Positions 62,301 through 64,000 of a stretch of DNA of 64,000 nt are shown piece after piece. The first letter of the stretch is position 1, and each line of letters begins with the position of its first letter. Origin of the DNA: Amphiscolops sp. MND2022 (taxonomy: Eukaryota). Where the stretch lies: the NCBI GenBank assembly GCA_964187785.1, contig OZ076409.1:12340001-12404000 (forward strand), read 5' to 3'. A program made the position numbers and the translations under genes. Below the pieces are notes generated by a model. It saw only the letters and a list, made by a program, of their open reading frames with translations, was not told where the DNA came from and searched no databases.

Positions 62301-64000
62301 ACTTTTCAAACCGACAGACTTTATTCCCTATGGAAGTACACTAATGTAAGCCATTTTGAGAGTTAAAGACAATTGAAAAGTTAAAATGCTGGAAATATTC
62401 AACAATTTTTAGAATTGACAGACCTTATCACCTATGGAAGTACACTAAAAAGAGTCATTTTGACAGTTCAAAACAAATAAAAAACCAAAATGCTGGACAT
62501 AATCAACGATTTTTCAAACCGACAGGGCTTATCACCTTTGGAAGTGCACTAAAGTGAGTCAATTTGAGAGTTGAAGACAAATGAAAAAAACAAAAATGCT
62601 GGACATAATCAACAATTTTTCAAACCGACAGGGCTTATCACCTATGGAAGTACACTAAAGTAAGCCATTTTGAGAGTTAAAGACAATTGAAAAGTTAAAA
62701 TGCTGGAAACAATCAACAATTTTTAGAAATGACAGAACTTATCACCCATGGAAGTACACTAAAGTGAGTCATTTTGAGAAATCAAGACAAATGAAAAACC
62801 AAAAAGCTGGACATAATCAACAATTTTTCAAACTGAGAGATCTTATCAACTATGGAAGTATACTGAAGGAAGCCATTTTAAGAGTTGATGACATTTGAAA
62901 AGTTAAAATGCTGAAAAAAATCAAAAAAATTTCAAACCGAGAGATCTTATCTCCTATATAAATATACTGAAGTAAGCCATTTTGAGAGGTCAAGACAAAT
63001 GAAAACCTAAAATGCTTGACATATTCAACAATTTTTCAAACCGACAGAATTTATTCCATATAGAAGTACACTAAAGTGAGTCATTTTGAGAGTTGAAGAC
63101 AAATAAAAAACCAAAATGCTGGACATAATCAACAATTTTTCAAACCGAGAGAACTTATCCCCTATGGAAGTATACTGAAGTAACCCATTTTGAGAGTTAA
63201 AGACATTTGAAAAGTTAAAATGCTGGAAAAAATCAAAAATTTTCGAACCGAGAGAACATATCCTCTATGTAAGTATACTGAATTAAGTCATTTTGAGAGT
63301 TCAAGACAAAGGAAAACATAAAACGCATGACAATCAACAATTTTTCAAACCGACAGATTTTTTTCCCTATAGAAGTACACTAAAGTAAGCCATTTTGAGA
63401 GTTAAAAACAAATAAAAACTAAAATACTGGACATAATCAACTACTCTTCAAACCGACAGAATTTATTCCCTATTGAAGTACACTAAAGTAAGCCATTTTG
63501 AGAGTTGAAGACAATTGAAAAGTTAGAATGCTGGAAATATTCAACAATTTTTAGAAACGACAGAACTTATCACCTATGGAAGTACACTAAAAAGAGTCAT
63601 TTTGACAGTTCAAGACAAATAAAAAACCAAAATGCTGGACATAATCAACAATTTTTCAAACCGACAGGGCTTATCACATATGGAAGTATACTAAAGTGAG
63701 TCATTTTGAGAGGTAAAGACAAATTAAAAACCAAAAAGCTGGACATAATCAACAATTTTTCAAACCGAGAGAACTTATCCCCAATGGAAGTACACTGAAG
63801 TAAGCCATTTTGAGAGTTAAAGACATTTGAAAAATCAAAATGCTGGAAAAATTCAAAAATTTTTCGAACCGAGAGAACTTATCCTCTATGTAAGTATACT
63901 GAATTAAGTCATTTTGAGAGTTCAAGACAAAGGAAAATATAAAACGCTTGACAATCAACAATTTTTCAAACCGACAGATTTTATTCCATATAGAAGTACA
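38380..64000. repeat. ~104-bp satellite DNA array with higher-order repeats (runs off the window end)
   Basis: Monomer AAAATGCTGGACATAATCAACAATTTTTCAAACCGACAGAGCTTATCACCTATGGAAGTACACTAAAGTGAGTCATTTTGAGAGTTAAAGACAAATAAAAAACC and variants, head-to-tail for ~25.6 kb (roughly 245 units). Confidence 0.99.

Noticed and set aside
38380..64000. CRISPR-like array or repeated small genes (MLIVK.FRFSFVLNSQN ORFs)
   Set aside because: The whole monomer is repeated with no unique spacers, there are no cas genes and the context is eukaryotic. The ORFs are incidental translations of the satellite.

Overview
AT-rich eukaryotic (probably invertebrate animal) repeat-dense DNA with no recognisable intact host gene. 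Main contents: (1) short Helentron/DINE-1-like non-autonomous elements (~0.4-1.4 kb, ~16.1 kb); (2) a complete 6.1-kb BEL/Pao LTR retrotransposon (2689-8764, +) with ~99% identical LTRs and a 6-bp TSD. It has no tRNA PBS; instead it has a 9-nt site complementary to its own LTR, a candidate for self-priming; (3) an 885-bp CACTA/EnSpm-like MITE; (4) a decayed CR1-group LINE; (5) a 17.9-kb Ty3/Gypsy-type, retrovirus-like element (18172-36093, -) with 401-bp LTRs, a 4-bp TSD and a tRNA-type PBS. It encodes a gag-pol with an apparent N-terminal signal/TM leader, an S/P/T-rich ORF carrying PSAP and LYPxL motifs, a chuvirus/gB-like (class III) envelope glycoprotein and 2-3 further orphan ORFs; (6) a >25-kb array of a ~104-bp satellite with nested higher-order repeats (38.4 kb to the window end). 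The env-bearing multi-ORF element and the putative self-priming BEL element are the most notable candidates. All protein family calls come from motif recognition by eye, not from database searches.
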